This document shows, one piece after another, positions 27,498 to 40,825 of a stretch of 64,000 nucleotides of DNA. A program made the translations under genes and the position numbers. The notes beneath the pieces are model-generated. The model saw only the letters and a list, made by a program, of their open reading frames with translations, ran no database searches and was not told the DNA's origin. The DNA is taken from contig NC_087251.1 of the NCBI RefSeq assembly GCF_037042905.1, positions 27,778,001-27,842,000 of the forward strand. Reading direction: 5' to 3'. Numbering within the stretch: position 1 is the stretch's first letter; every line of letters begins with the position of its first letter. The stretch comes from Lytechinus pictus. Its lineage: Eukaryota.

Positions 27498-27989
27498 TTA
27501 TATATATATATTTATATATATCCATGTGTATGACTATTGCTGAGACTTCTGGCTGAGGTCCATCGTTTTCCACCATGCTCCAGTCCGGCGGTCTCGTCGT
27601 CGTCTGAAAGGAAATAAAAACAACAAGTTTGTAAAAGCAAATAAACATAAATATACACTCAAAGTCTTGTAAAATGAATGATTTAGGTTAGTCCCTTGGT
27701 GACTAAACGACCTCGACCTATTATCATATATAATTATATGTTTATTATCAGCAGAAGCCGAACTGTATACTCTAATAAAAGAGTGTTACATAAAATAGAG
27801 TCGACAATGCAGATAAGAGAGATGGATATTATCATATTCAAAAGAGGACTATAATCATATAGTGAACATAATTAAAAGAGAAGGATTGGTCGATTGGGGT
27901 ATACAAAGAGACAGAAGAGATGGTAGACAAACAACAGAGATCGCATTATGGAGATATAATAGGATAAAACATACTATCGTAAAGAGTGT

Positions 27990-28340
27990 GTAGAGAATGA
28001 ACGTATAGAAGAAACAGAATGAACATTATAGTGAACATATAGAGAAAAGAGATACAGAGGAAAGAGAATGAATATGTATAGAAAACAGAATGAACATATA
28101 GAGAAAACAGAATTAACATTATAGTGAACATATAGAGAAAAGAGATACAGAGGAAAGAGAATGAATATGTATAGAAAACAGAATGAACATATAGAGAAAA
28201 CAGAATTAACATTATAGTGAACATATAGAGAAAAGAGATACAGAGGAAAGAGAATGAATATGTATAGAAAACAGAATGAACATATAGAGAAAACAGAATT
28301 AACATATGGAGAAAACAGAATGAACATATAGAGAAAAAAG
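27990..28340. repeat. 90-bp purine-rich minisatellite
   Basis: AACATTATAGTGAACATATAGAGAAAAGAGATACAGAGG repeats at 90-bp spacing (about 28022, 28114, 28208 region). Confidence 0.85.
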
Positions 28341-29167
28341 AATGAACATAATACAGGAAAGAGAATACATATAATATAAAATTTTAACATTTATAGCGTC
28401 TGAATATAAATGTACATAAAAATTGTGCTCATATACATGTTATAAGAAAAACAGGCGCAATTTTATAGAGAATGATGAGTGAAAAGAAAAAGGATAGTAA
28501 CAAATATATGGCCAATGAGAGAGAATAATTCAATAAAAAAATCACTTATAGATAACAAGATAGAAAATAACATATAAATATATACAGGTAGGTAGATAAT
28601 GAAATGTATACAGAGAATAAGAGAGTGGACAGAAATAGAACTATTTAACATTCATAGACTGAACATACAGGAAATAAGACAGTGAGCAGACACATAAGAA
28701 GAGAGAGAATATACAGACAATATGAATCATAAAATGAAGAGTGGACATGAAGAAGGATAAAGGGGAAAGGAATAACCAAGAAGAAGCAGAGAGTGAAATT
28801 AAAGAGGCGAGAGCGAACGCAATAGTGAAAAGATGGTACATATATATACATAAAGGAAACTATAAAGACCGCTGAAGAGGTTCTAATCTTTCATGCGGAA
28901 ACGTTCTTTTGTCACTCGCACACTCAACGAACATATACCACAATAATCTTTCTATGCCTGCGAGTGAATGTATTATCATCTGTGTATGGCCACTGAACAA
29001 TACGTCGGGATAGAGTTCAGTGTGTGTGACCCATTTATGACTGAAGATCTTTGTACCACCATCTGCAACTACGCCATCCACGACAACTGTTTGATAGTGC
29101 GTGCAGCATGTTCAGGAGTTCAATGCAGGCAAACACTGATCACCGATAACAAATCTCTCATGTTAAC

Positions 29168-29720
29168 TCCCCCCCCCCGTCAAATGTACTGCTGTACATA
29201 TGCGTGACCAAATTATTTCCAAACACCCCCTAAACGAGATTTTTCTCTGTGTGCAAAATAACCCCCTAAAAAGTTTTTCACGGGCTTCATTTACACATTT
29301 TGGCCCCTAAACAAGTTGTCGCGTGGTAGACAGAGAGGTGACAAATATCACGACCGTTTCCCCGTTTCCAAGGCCCGTTCCCAGGGTTGTTGCTTTCAAT
29401 CGGGAAGAACCCGAACACTTTTCAGAAACGAGGAGGAAAAAGCCCAGGGGGAAAAAGCTTGGGGAAAAACATTCCCTAAACACGTTTGGCTAGTCTTAAA
29501 AAAAAAGCTTTAGAAGAAAAAAACATACCCTAAATACGTACGGCCCCGCGATTTAACATTGACCAGTCTTTCAAAACCACCCTTTTTCTTTTAAATAGGT
29601 TTTTTATACCCTTAACAAGTGCACGAGCGGCCCGCGTCCAAAACTGAAAAAAACACCCATTTAAAAGCGTTATTTTTGGTCACGCATGTGTACAGCAATA
29701 TATTTGACTGGGCCCCCGGG
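29168..29720. mobile_element. MITE, 8-bp TSD (family with CCGGG/CCCGG ends)
   Basis: TSD ATGTTAAC; TIR core GTCAAAT.TA.TGCTGTACA; similar to 35774-36213 and 43086-43328. Confidence 0.8.
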
Positions 29721-32700
29721 ATGTTAACACGGATCCTCAAGGATATGCTGGCATGATCAGGGGAGGTCCGGGATACTTTTACCCCGGACTGAGAGTCAAC
29801 GAGCGTTGATGACTGTACACATGGTATCAACGCTGCACCTGCACGGCATTAAAACGGCGTTTACAAAAAAATTATAATAATACACGGCGGACGATGTCGG
29901 TAGAGTCTACACGGACCATGCCGGCAAAGCTCAGTGTCTACATAGAGCATCAGGGCATTAGTACGGAAAAACATAGTGGACACACGGTCCAACACGACCG
30001 CTACATGGACCAACAGGGCAGCTACACGGACCATACCGGATTGTTGTGCCAACTCGGCAGTCCGTGGATGACGCTTAATGTGCTTGACCTCTAAAAAACT
30101 ATACCATGATGGCCTCCCGGACGTTCAACGACCTCCACAGACCTCCAAGAATACCCAAAGGCGTCTGCATGGACGAGGTGGTCCTGTTGGTGGAGGTCCG
30201 TGGATGTCCGAGAGGCTAATAATGGAGGTTTTGGAGGTCACAAACATCCGGCGTCATCCATGGACTGCCGTGCTGCCACCCGTGCTGCCAGAGCAATTCG
30301 GAATGATCCGTGTAGCAGCCCTGTTGGTCTAAGAAGGTGCCGTGTTGGTTCTCCAGGTCCTCCGTGTTGACACCGTGCTCTGTATTCGCCGTGGAGATGC
30401 CGTCTTGATCCAGCAAAATCCGTGAAGCTGCCGCGTTGATACCGTGAGGACCCGTCGACTATTGATGGGCGTCAGCACAGAGGATTATCATTTGTTCATT
30501 GGGGACATTGCGCCCCCCCCCCCCATATACAAAAGACAATCCTCTGCTCTGACGTCCATGTCGACGCTCGATCAGGGCAAAACTATCTAGGACCTTCCCA
30601 AATAAATTATTTAAAAAACTTGATGCGAGAATTTACCTTTTGTTTAAAGGCCAAGTCTACCCCAATAAAACAATTTGAATTGTAAATAAAGTAAGCTTTA
30701 CGCTGATAACTTCGTAAATATTGGATGTAAAATTAGAGAGTTATGATATTTTCTAAATTTATTTAATTTTCACAAAGGCCTCCGCGTATAATGCCCAATA
30801 AGTGACGATGGTGTCACTATTCTTCTTGTATTTAATTGTTTAAATTTTACAACAAAAAAATCATTTTCTGCACAAACTTCGACAGTCGAAAGAATCTTCA
30901 TCAAATCAGAGTAGGTTACAATCCTGGCAATTTCACGTGTTCAGTGAGAAATCAAACTCTGCGCGCATTATAATTCGTAGGGAATGGTTTATATCAACCC
31001 TTTATTTGAGGTGCGGCTCCCTTTTCAGAAAGATTATTTTAGACAACAATGAAGGATTAACGAAAACAACCTAATCACGTGCGATCGGGGGACAATAGGG
31101 CCACCGTCTGTCTTCTCGCTCGCACCTGACCTCATAACATAAACAAAGGCGAACTTTAATTCTGTCATTCAGTAATCACAGCGGTCAGCTGTTTGATGTC
31201 TTGTGTGTCATGGCCTCGGTTGTTTGTCACTGAGAAAAAGTTTGAACATGCCAAGGCCCCGGTCCAAGACATAATACGGATGAGGCATGAAAATGTTTTG
31301 ACTGATAGGAAAGTTGCAGCCAGAGTAATATGAAACATAATAGTTGAAGTGAGAAAGTGGAGAGCAAGAAGGACATGAAGAAAATGGCTCTAGACAGGCC
31401 TATATATAAACAGTGGATTGTTAGTAGAAGTAACATTCTCATGCTTTAACAAAATTTTGAATAGAGAGTAGTTACTTAGGTCGGAAAGATGATGTGTAGA
31501 CCTGAGGTCCCGCCCACGATTATATTTCTGGCGTCTATAAACCCAGCTATCATATTTTTTTGCCATATACCGCAAAACAACTCAAAACAATATAATAACC
31601 ATGTATTTAGGCCTTGTCGAAGACCAAATTTATCACTTATGATAAAATAGTCCATAAACATAAAGCACGTGGGTCGGTATGATGAAACAGGCAAGAATTA
31701 TCACAACTTGCCAGACGTACAATTTGATTCGGTCTAGCTTTCAGTTAGGCCATAGGGAACAAAAAACAATATTATCAAATTCTAAGTCGTTCTCTTGTAA
31801 TCAGGTTAAATCTGTTTCACATATGCACCTATAAATCTCTATGCATATTCCCATGATTAATACATAACGTTCAAAATCACTCAACTTGAAAGATGAAATA
31901 AGAAATACTCACGTTGCTCATTGAAAAACCACCAACTTCCAGCGCATTGTTGACACTCCTCACCGCCAGGACAATGGGCGTAGATAAGAGTAAAGAGTGC
32001 GATGATCATTTTACTGCATTATAATCCCCTCGTTGAAAAATTAAGCATTGAAGTCATGAAAGGGATTGCCTTATTATTATTGAAGTCCGGCATTTGCAAG
32101 TGCAAAAACCCACCAATAGCTTTACTCGTTCAAATCGTGGAGAAATCTAAAGATGACAGTTTAAGTATGGAGGTAAAAACAAGTTTTGAAGCCACGGTTC
32201 AAGCCATATCATCAAGACATCAATCGATCAGGCAGTGTCTTCTCCCGGGCAACTGCTCGGTACGCAGGGAGTTCGGAGTCGACAAGTCAGGCACACGTGC
32301 TTCTGTTTTCGTTGTTGATCGAAATGGAGGGCCTGCGGATGGCGGGCCAATTGTACCATAAAGGCGAAAAACTGATTTTTTCTTGATAAAATAAGTTTTT
32401 CGATCAGTCGAAAAACATTATTTTTAGCCGATAAACTAAAATCATTTACAGGCGAAAAGATTTATCCGATAAACTTTGTTTTTCACTTGAAAAACAAACA
32501 AACAATTATTTTGTCGATGTACTAAATCATGGTTGTTTTTCGACTAAAAGATCAGTTTTTCTTTATAAACTTTGATAAACTGAGTCTGCGAAAAACAAAG
32601 TTTTTCTGTCAAAACAATAGAACATTTATTTTGAGATTGCCCAAAGGCGAGGTTTTATTATGGATGTACAACACTTTATTTTAGAAGATAAAGTTACTTT

Positions 32701-33560
32701 AAGTAAAAATGATCATTTTTTAAATGTTAAAGAAATAATAAATTCGTATCATTAATTTTGATAATAGATTGAGGAACAAAATTTTGCTTGAGATGTATTA
32801 TATTAATTATGCTGTACTTACATCATACATTGTTGTATTATCATTTGTGTTACATATATAATTAAAGTATTTTATATTATGTTATGTTTTATGGTCGAAA
32901 TATATTTTTTAATGAATATGATTTGATAAAGAAAAAAAAGTTTCGAATCGAAAAACTCAGATTTATACCTATAATTCAGAATTTGAAAACTTAGTTTATC
33001 GAATCCGAATTACTTTGTTTTTCGATTTCTATAAACTGGGATTTTTCGATTTCGATAAACTGAGTTTTTCGCCGTGAAACTTAGTCTTTCATATTTCAAT
33101 AAACTAAGTTTTTCGATAATCAGAGTGATTCACTATTGTCGGTGTGCAGTCACGGATCTATGGGATGGGGTATGGGTATATAAAAAGGGGGATAATTGTC
33201 ATTATAAGTCCAAGGGCACTGGAAGCGGGGGCGGAAGAGGGGCACCCCCGCCAAAAAATAAAATAATGATAATAGAATAACATTTTGGGGTGGCAAAATG
33301 ATTTTAGGGGTGGGGGTAAGGTTTTTTTTTAAAGGTGGATCATTGTCATTGGGTCCAATGGCGCTGTAAACGGGGGCAGAGGAGGCCTTTGCCCCCTCCC
33401 CCCCCCCCCCCCACAATACAATTTTTGGGGGTGCAAAACAAGATTTTACCCCCTTCGCTATGCTGTGTTCCACAGTGTGTGCCACAATGTGAAATCACCT
33501 TCACACCTTCCCACCTTCACTTCAGAGAATGCTGAAGCGCCCCCATGACAAGCTCATTAC

Positions 33561-35060
33561 AATAAAGTCAACTTTCAAATGACACCAAAAAGTTGGAAAA
33601 CTATTTATGCTTGAGCGAGCACTGCCCACTGAAACAAAGGATATGAAAATTAGGCTGGGCTGGAATTAGCCTTCGAATTTCTGTCAGTTTTTGAGAGGCA
33701 AATCATTTGGAAGTTGCAAAGTTATATAGGGGCGTTGTGATATATTGATGATCAACCGTGACCAGTTTTGGTTGTTTAAGCAAGTTTCATAAATTATTAA
33801 ATTGAACTTGAATGCATGAGTGAACACAAATTACACTTTTTAGGGCATCATTTCAATTAAATTATCATGTGGATCTCAGCAATGTGTTCATGGGAGTCGG
33901 GAGAATAGGGGGTGAGATAGGACTTAAGTGGGAGAAGTAGGTTGATGGAATAAGGGTCAACAGAACATTTAGCCCCCTCCCTCTCTCCCGCCTTCTCCTT
34001 CTGTGGAGTGACTGATTGTTATTGTCATGTTACGCGTGAAGTCCAGAGCAGAATGTTGATTTAATGATTAATTCTGAATTGGGGCATAAACTTTTTCTTA
34101 TCAATCATAAATCAACACTTTATCAACAAATCAACTATTTCAATGTGCAATGTGATCAATCAAACATTCAGTTTTTCAATAAGTTATTCACAAATCATCA
34201 GTCAATTTCTTGGTAATCATTCAATGAAAAAAAAATCAGCCACCGGTCACTTCAGTGGCAGTTAAGTTTTGAATAGGCTACAATCCAGGAAGAGAGACAG
34301 AGAGAGAGAGAGGGGGGGCTGGGAAATGGAGGTGGAGGGGGATACATATGATTTTTTACCATATCTCGCCCTCTTGCTTGTAACAGGTATCATCACATTA
34401 CTCTCACAAACACACTGTTGAGGTCTACAGGATGAATAGGCTACAATAAAATTACAATTCCTGTTCACTCATGCATCAAATTTCAATTTTCAATTCAATT
34501 TGCCTAAGAAACAAAACTCATCTCATTCGATAATTTAGCATAACACCCTTAGCTTTGCAAGTTCCAAATAACTAACCACTCCAAATGCTAATTCGTGCCC
34601 AGCCTAGCCGAGTTTAGTCTCTCAGGAGGAGAGAAGGGGGGGGGGGTAGAGATGGAGGGAGGGGTTGCTAAATGTTCTGTTGACCTTTATCCCATCAACG
34701 TACTTCACCTACTTAAGTCCTATCTTACCCCCTATTCTCCTGACTCTCATGAACTCATTGCTGAGATCCACATGATAAAGTCAAAATGTCGCACTAAAAA
34801 TTGCAATTCATAATCACTCATGCATTAAATTTCAATTTGATGACGCATGTCATTTTCTCAAACAACAAACTGATCACAATTAATCATTAATTCATCACAA
34901 AACCCTCAACTTTGCAAGTTCCAAACAAAAAAAATGAAAGAAATTGGAAGGCTAATTCCAGCCCAGCCTAATTTTCATACCGTTTGTTTCAGTGGGCAGT
35001 GCTCGCTCAAGCATGAAAAGTTTTCCAACTTTTTGATGTCATTTGAAAGTTGACTCTATT
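33561..35060. mobile_element. ~1.5-kb foldback element with long TIRs
   Basis: 33561-33673 is the near-perfect reverse complement of 34947-35060; further inverted similarity (about 33860-33965 vs 34675-34780). TSD not resolved. Confidence 0.8.
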
Positions 35061-35773
35061 TGCTATCTATATATATAAGTCTTTCCCCTCAAAGTGATAT
35101 ATTTTTTATTTGGCAGCCATTTCAAAAGTGTATATTTTTTGGGGGGACGCACTGTATATGCATCTTGCAGCCAGGGAAAATTCTTCATACGAACATGGGG
35201 CGTTGCCTTTTGGCTATCCCCTACGTCCCCATTTTTTTTATGGGGAGGAAAGTGCCCTTTCTGCCCCCGCTTTCAAAACAATGAAAGCTCGATGTCCGAG
35301 TTGAAATTATATTCTGTATATACTTTTTTTCAACCTATCATGCCTATTGAGCAAGATATGTATCTCACCGAAAAGGCAATGCGAGTGCAAAGCGGGAGCG
35401 AAAATTTTGTATAGTGACATATGACAGATTTTGTTATCTTCCAAGTCTTCTCCTCGTCTTATGTTATTCACTCGTCTTCCCCCTCTTATATATTTTCCCT
35501 TTTTTTCTCCTCTCCTATCATTTATCCCCGCCCCCTTTCCCCCCTTTTTTGCGGCGCCAATAGGCCACGACCGCGGCCCATTTGGCCTCCTGGATTCGCC
35601 TATGGAGGGAATGTAGTGACCGAGGAGAAAAAAAAAACTATGTAGGATTTGGAGCACTAACTTAATTATCGACATCCCGCACTCAATGTAAGGCTTCAAC
35701 AATTTGATAATCATAATCACAATTATACTCACGTATAATGTCAGTACGGGTATGTATAAGACCCCCTTTTCAC

Positions 35774-36213
35774 CCGGGGGGGGGGGGGGGCAGTCAAATG
35801 TATTGCTGTACACACGCGGGGCCAAATTAATTCCAAACACCCCAAAAACGAGTTTTTCTCTGTGTGCAAAATAACCTTCTAAACAAGTTTTCGCGTGCTT
35901 TATTTACACATTTTGGCCCCTAAACAAGTTGTCGCCAGAATATGACCCCGGGGTAAGCTTGGGATAAAAACCTACCCTAAACACGTTTGCTTAATCTTTA
36001 AAAAAAAACTTTGGAACAAAAACATACCCTAAATACGTTTGACCCTGCGATTGACCAGTCTTTCAAACTACCCTTTAAAAAAAGAAAATCGATGTTTTTG
36101 ATACCCTTAACGAGTGCACGCGCGGCCCGCGTCCAAAACTGAAAAAACACCCCTTTAAACGCGTTTTTTTTTGGTCACTCGTGTGTACAGCAATATATTT
36201 GACTGCCCCCTGG
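35774..36213. mobile_element. MITE, 8-bp TSD (same family as 29168-29720)
   Basis: TSD CTTTTCAC; TIR CAGTCAAATGTATTGCTGTACACACG / CGTGTGTACAGCAATATATTTGACTG. Confidence 0.85.
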
Positions 36214-36821
36214 CTTTTCACGCATTGTAATTGTAAATGCGGCGAATTGGCGTATAGTGAGCCAGCCTTGAAGAACATGAAGAAAGTTGATTCAGTCACT
36301 TAAAATAATATGCATAACAGGGGATGGTAAGAAAATGGAAAAGAAATGTATATAAAGAGCAAATAGGGACTAAACATGTTAAACAATCGAGATTTGTTAA
36401 ATAAAAACTCATTTGCTCACTGGTTAAAGTGAGATGAGAATGAAACAAAATGGGATCATTGGGGGTGCATTATGTACCATCACGGGCCACAATACAATCA
36501 TAGAAAGAGTGAAAATATCACAATGATGCAAATGAAAAGGAAATGATTGCAGAAAGGAAAGATTTTAAATAATTTTAAGATTATATTGGGAGATGATGCA
36601 ACATTCAAAATTTTGAGTAAAATTCATATTTGATATATTTATTAGATGATTTTATTAAGTAATGTGATTTAAAGTCTCCTTTATAAAATGGAAAATAATG
36701 TTAAGATATGTGAGAAATAATTGCAGTAAACATGCTTTAGTCCTCTCAGTGTCTAACAGCATTTTGATCAATGTCATCACCAACTCGTCGCAGGCCTACA
36801 CTTAACTTGAATTATATAGGG

Positions 36822-37007
<186 letters not shown>

Positions 37008-37189
37008 TTACCCTATATATAAAACAAAAAAAAGAAATGTGTTCCAGTATATATAATAAAAGGTGACACTTCTGAGGAATGAAGGGGTTATTGGCTCAAC
37101 CATTTCAGGGACCTTTTAGGCTCATCAGTTCAGGTCAGTGATTTGTAAAAAGCATTTGATAGCGTTAACCGTTTGTAATATGATTTTTT

Positions 37190-37810
37190 TCCTTCAAATT
37201 ATGGTATCCCAACAAGCAATCAATGTAATGTATACAGTAACACTTTCCCTTGTTCGAAGTGTAGATGGACCTAGTGAACAGTTTGTGACAACTTCTGGAT
37301 TTCTTCAGGGTGACACTTTGGCACTATATCCATGAATTGTAATTGTAGTAGATCACATTCTAGGATATTCATTAGATTATGTAAGAACAAAATGAATGGA
37401 AATCAAACCTATGTCTACAAATAGGGGCCAACACAAAATTATTTGACTGATTGAGATTATGCCGATGATAATAACATTGACTACAGTAACTGCTCTATTG
37501 AAGGATGCACAAGAACTGCCTTTTGTAGTAGAAAATGCATCTGCAAAGTTTGGCCTCTACTTGAATTCCCAAAAGACCGAGTACATGACATTTAACGAAG
37601 CCCATGATCATGCATCAATTCCAAAGGGGCCAATCTTAAAGAAATTGACGATTTTCAGTATTTATGTTCATACATATGCGACTCGAGAAAATAATTTCTA
37701 TCTAGGAAAGTTCTTGCATGGAATGCACACAATAAGCTGCATTTAATTTGGGAATCAAATGCTCCTCCGTTAACAAAGTTTTCCCTTTTTAGGGCATGTG
37801 TTGCGCCTCC
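37190..37810 (+). pseudogene. Degenerate RTE-type LINE reverse transcriptase fragment
   Basis: DGPSEQF..TSGFLQGDTLA, DYADD (about 37455-37470), GLYLNSQKTEYM and DFQYL in shifting frames. Confidence 0.8.
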
Positions 37811-38561
37811 CTCATAAAACCAGATTACAGAAACCTTTAAAGTTTGTTGATTGCATATGTATATTAGGGATACAAATAATTTGTTATATGGACAAAGTTA
37901 TAACCATATTTAAAATTCATTAGTCACTCATACAATTCATAAATGGACTTATAATCATACACTCATGGTGTAGGGGATATAACTTTTGCAATTAATAAGT
38001 TAACGTATAGGGGCGTTGACCAAATTCTTGTGAGAATACATTGAGCGCCGGAGCGAATGCAAAGGCAAATTCAAGCACTTTGACTGCATTTTAAGATAAA
38101 TCCACGCATAGACATGGTATTAATCATTTGATGATTATAAGTGGTGTGTGTGTGCGGGGGGGGGGGGGTTGTGATTGTACAAATGGACTTCGGCGTAGAG
38201 GATTATCCTTTGTTCATGGTTTGGCGTCTATTGTTGTGTCCCCCCAAAAGGCACAAAAGATAATCATCTGCTCTGACACCCATTGTACATGACATCCCCC
38301 CTCTCCGAAGAGTGGAGGAAATAACCCCCACCCCCTCGTTCAACGGTACCATTCAACGATGACCAGGCGTATATTTACGCAATAAGACAATAACTATAAA
38401 TAATAACAAACACTGATGTAAAACAGATGTGGGATACACTGATACACCATCTCCAACACTGGCGTAAATCCGGTCCGAGCAGTGGGTGGGGGATGATCAC
38501 AATAATACATATTGACCTCTAACCTGAACATTTTTGGGACACACTCGCATGTAAGCGCATA

Positions 38562-40825
38562 CATTCGTAAATCCGACGCTTCGTTATTCCGAAGGTTCGA
38601 ATATTCCGAAGGTTCGTCATTTCGAAGATTCGTAATTCCGAAGGTTCGTTAGTCCGAAACGAAACGAGGTTCGTTAGTCCGAAACGAAATGAGGTTCGTA
38701 ATTCCGAAGGTTCGTTAGTCCGAAAACGAAATGAGGTTCACGAATCCGAAGGTTCGTCAGTCCGAAAACTGATGTTCGTCTATCCAAAGGTTCGTTAGTC
38801 CGAAAACGAAATAAGTTTCGTTAATCCGAAATGAAATAAGGTTCGTTTCAAGTACTTATTCTATTCATGAACTCCATGAAGTTCTCAAGATATTCATTTT
38901 CAGGTCAGATCGTCAAAACTTATCAGCTGGCGCTGCGTGCTCGCATTTTCATTAGTATGTATAGGCCTACTTCTATATGAATTCTAACAAACTACTTAAA
39001 ATTTCTCTTTATGACATTTTATCAAAAATTTCAGCTCGCACTTTGCGCTCGAACTAATTAGTTAGTTCCATACGAGTCTTGTTCATAATCACAAACATTG
39101 TTCATAATGTTAAGATTGTAGGACAAACTTCCTGAACTTATATAACTTTTAGCTCGCTCCTCGCGTTCGCATTATTCAATCAGGGATTATGACATACATT
39201 TCTCTTAATTATAAGAATAAAGCTAAGAAGTCACTGTTCGGACAGCCCCTTCAAAAAAAAAAATTAGCTTTGAGCAGCCGATAGGGGAAAATGTGAATGA
39301 CCCCCCCCCCCCCCATTGGCAAAGCTCGATCGACATATATATAATTAAATGTGTATATTATGTATACAAATATAAATTTAATGTGAAAAAAAGTGTGTCC
39401 CCCCCCTCATTCCGAAAAAAGCTGACTACTATGGCTGCGGATGGCTTTTTTGCCCCGCCCTAGCCCCAAAAAGGGTGTTTGAGGTCCAAACAATCACCCC
39501 TTCCCCGAGCTGATTATAAGTCATGTAAGTGGTAAACATTTAATCAAGAATGGATCTAAGTATAAATTTTGAACTTTGATAAAACAATATCAAAAAGCAT
39601 CAACACGCCCCTAGCAATATTTGATTTGATAACTTCTATGATAATAATTCTGCTCTTATATTTCGATAATAGTAGTTTTCTCGTTAAATTCATTTATATT
39701 TTCTTTGTTCGATGTTCGGTAGTTTGTCTTTTTAAGTTGTAATTATTGTAAACATGTTTAGTTTGGTCCTTGTACCTTTGTATCATGTACATGTATCTAT
39801 GTGTAAACCGGATAAATAAAATGAATAATAAAATAAATATCTGCAGGGCTAGCGCAATGAGAGATAAACATGAGCATAATGACCTAGCTTCGCACTCGCA
39901 TTATTCGATGTATCCTATTCATGAGTCACTAAATGCTGTCCTTAACAGGTTCCTTTTCTGGTCAGTATATTATTTTCAGCTCGCACTTCGCGCTCGTGTT
40001 AATTCTTCAGTTAGATCCACATCTTTTTAATGATTACAAAAACCACTTAGAATGTTTTATTTTGGAATATTGGAATTTGAATATATACAAAATATTTCTT
40101 AATGAAATGTCTAAAAGTTTGAGCTTGCTATCCACGCTAGCAACACCTCCCAAGGTTACCCTTTTAACAGCAATTGACAAAAAACGAGTTTTACAGCTTC
40201 AACTTTGAGTTTTTTTCCAAACCGCTTACACTTTCTCGCGAAAAATGAAACCTGAATATATTTTACCACAATCAGAAATCACTTCAAAAAGCTGTGCTCT
40301 ACTTAATACTATAAAACACACAATGACTTCACGCAGATGATAATCTCATGGTGAAAATATCACCAAAATGCCCATTTTGACATGAGTGCCATTTTTGGCT
40401 TTGCCCCCCAAACGAAAATTCGTTTCGCCGCCCTTCTTTTTGCCTCCCCATCCTCACAACAATTGAAAAGCAACGCTGTTTCTCTCCCTTCCCTCTACCA
40501 AGCTTACCCTTCCGGTTTTCCCGGCTTCGCCACCGATTATTTCATTTTTCGGATTAACGAACCTTCGGAATAAAGAACACCTTATTTCGTTTTCGGATTA
40601 ACGAACCTTCGGAATAACGAACCTTATTGTTATCAGACTAACGAACATTCAGAATAACGAAACTAATTTCGTTTTCGGACTAACGAACCTTTGGAATAAC
40701 GCCACAAATGTTCGGAATAACAAACCCTTTTTCGTTTTCGGATTAACGAACATCGAGGTATAGGCAATTTACGTGTTTCGGAATTACGAACCTTCGGAAT
40801 AAAGAATCTTCGGAATTACGAAGTG
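38562..40825. mobile_element. Foldback-type element with terminal arrays of ~16-bp TTCCGAAGGTTCGT repeats
   Basis: Tandem array at 38562-38850 and its reverse complement at 40545-40825; CA...TG ends flanked by TA. Confidence 0.75.

Noticed and set aside
32360..33115. MITE bounded by GGCGAAAAACT / AGTTTTTCGCC
   Set aside because: An 11-bp inverted match within AT-rich repetitive sequence, with no TSD resolved.
38562..38850. CRISPR-like array
   Set aside because: Degenerate contiguous repeats without unique spacers, mirrored at 40545-40825.
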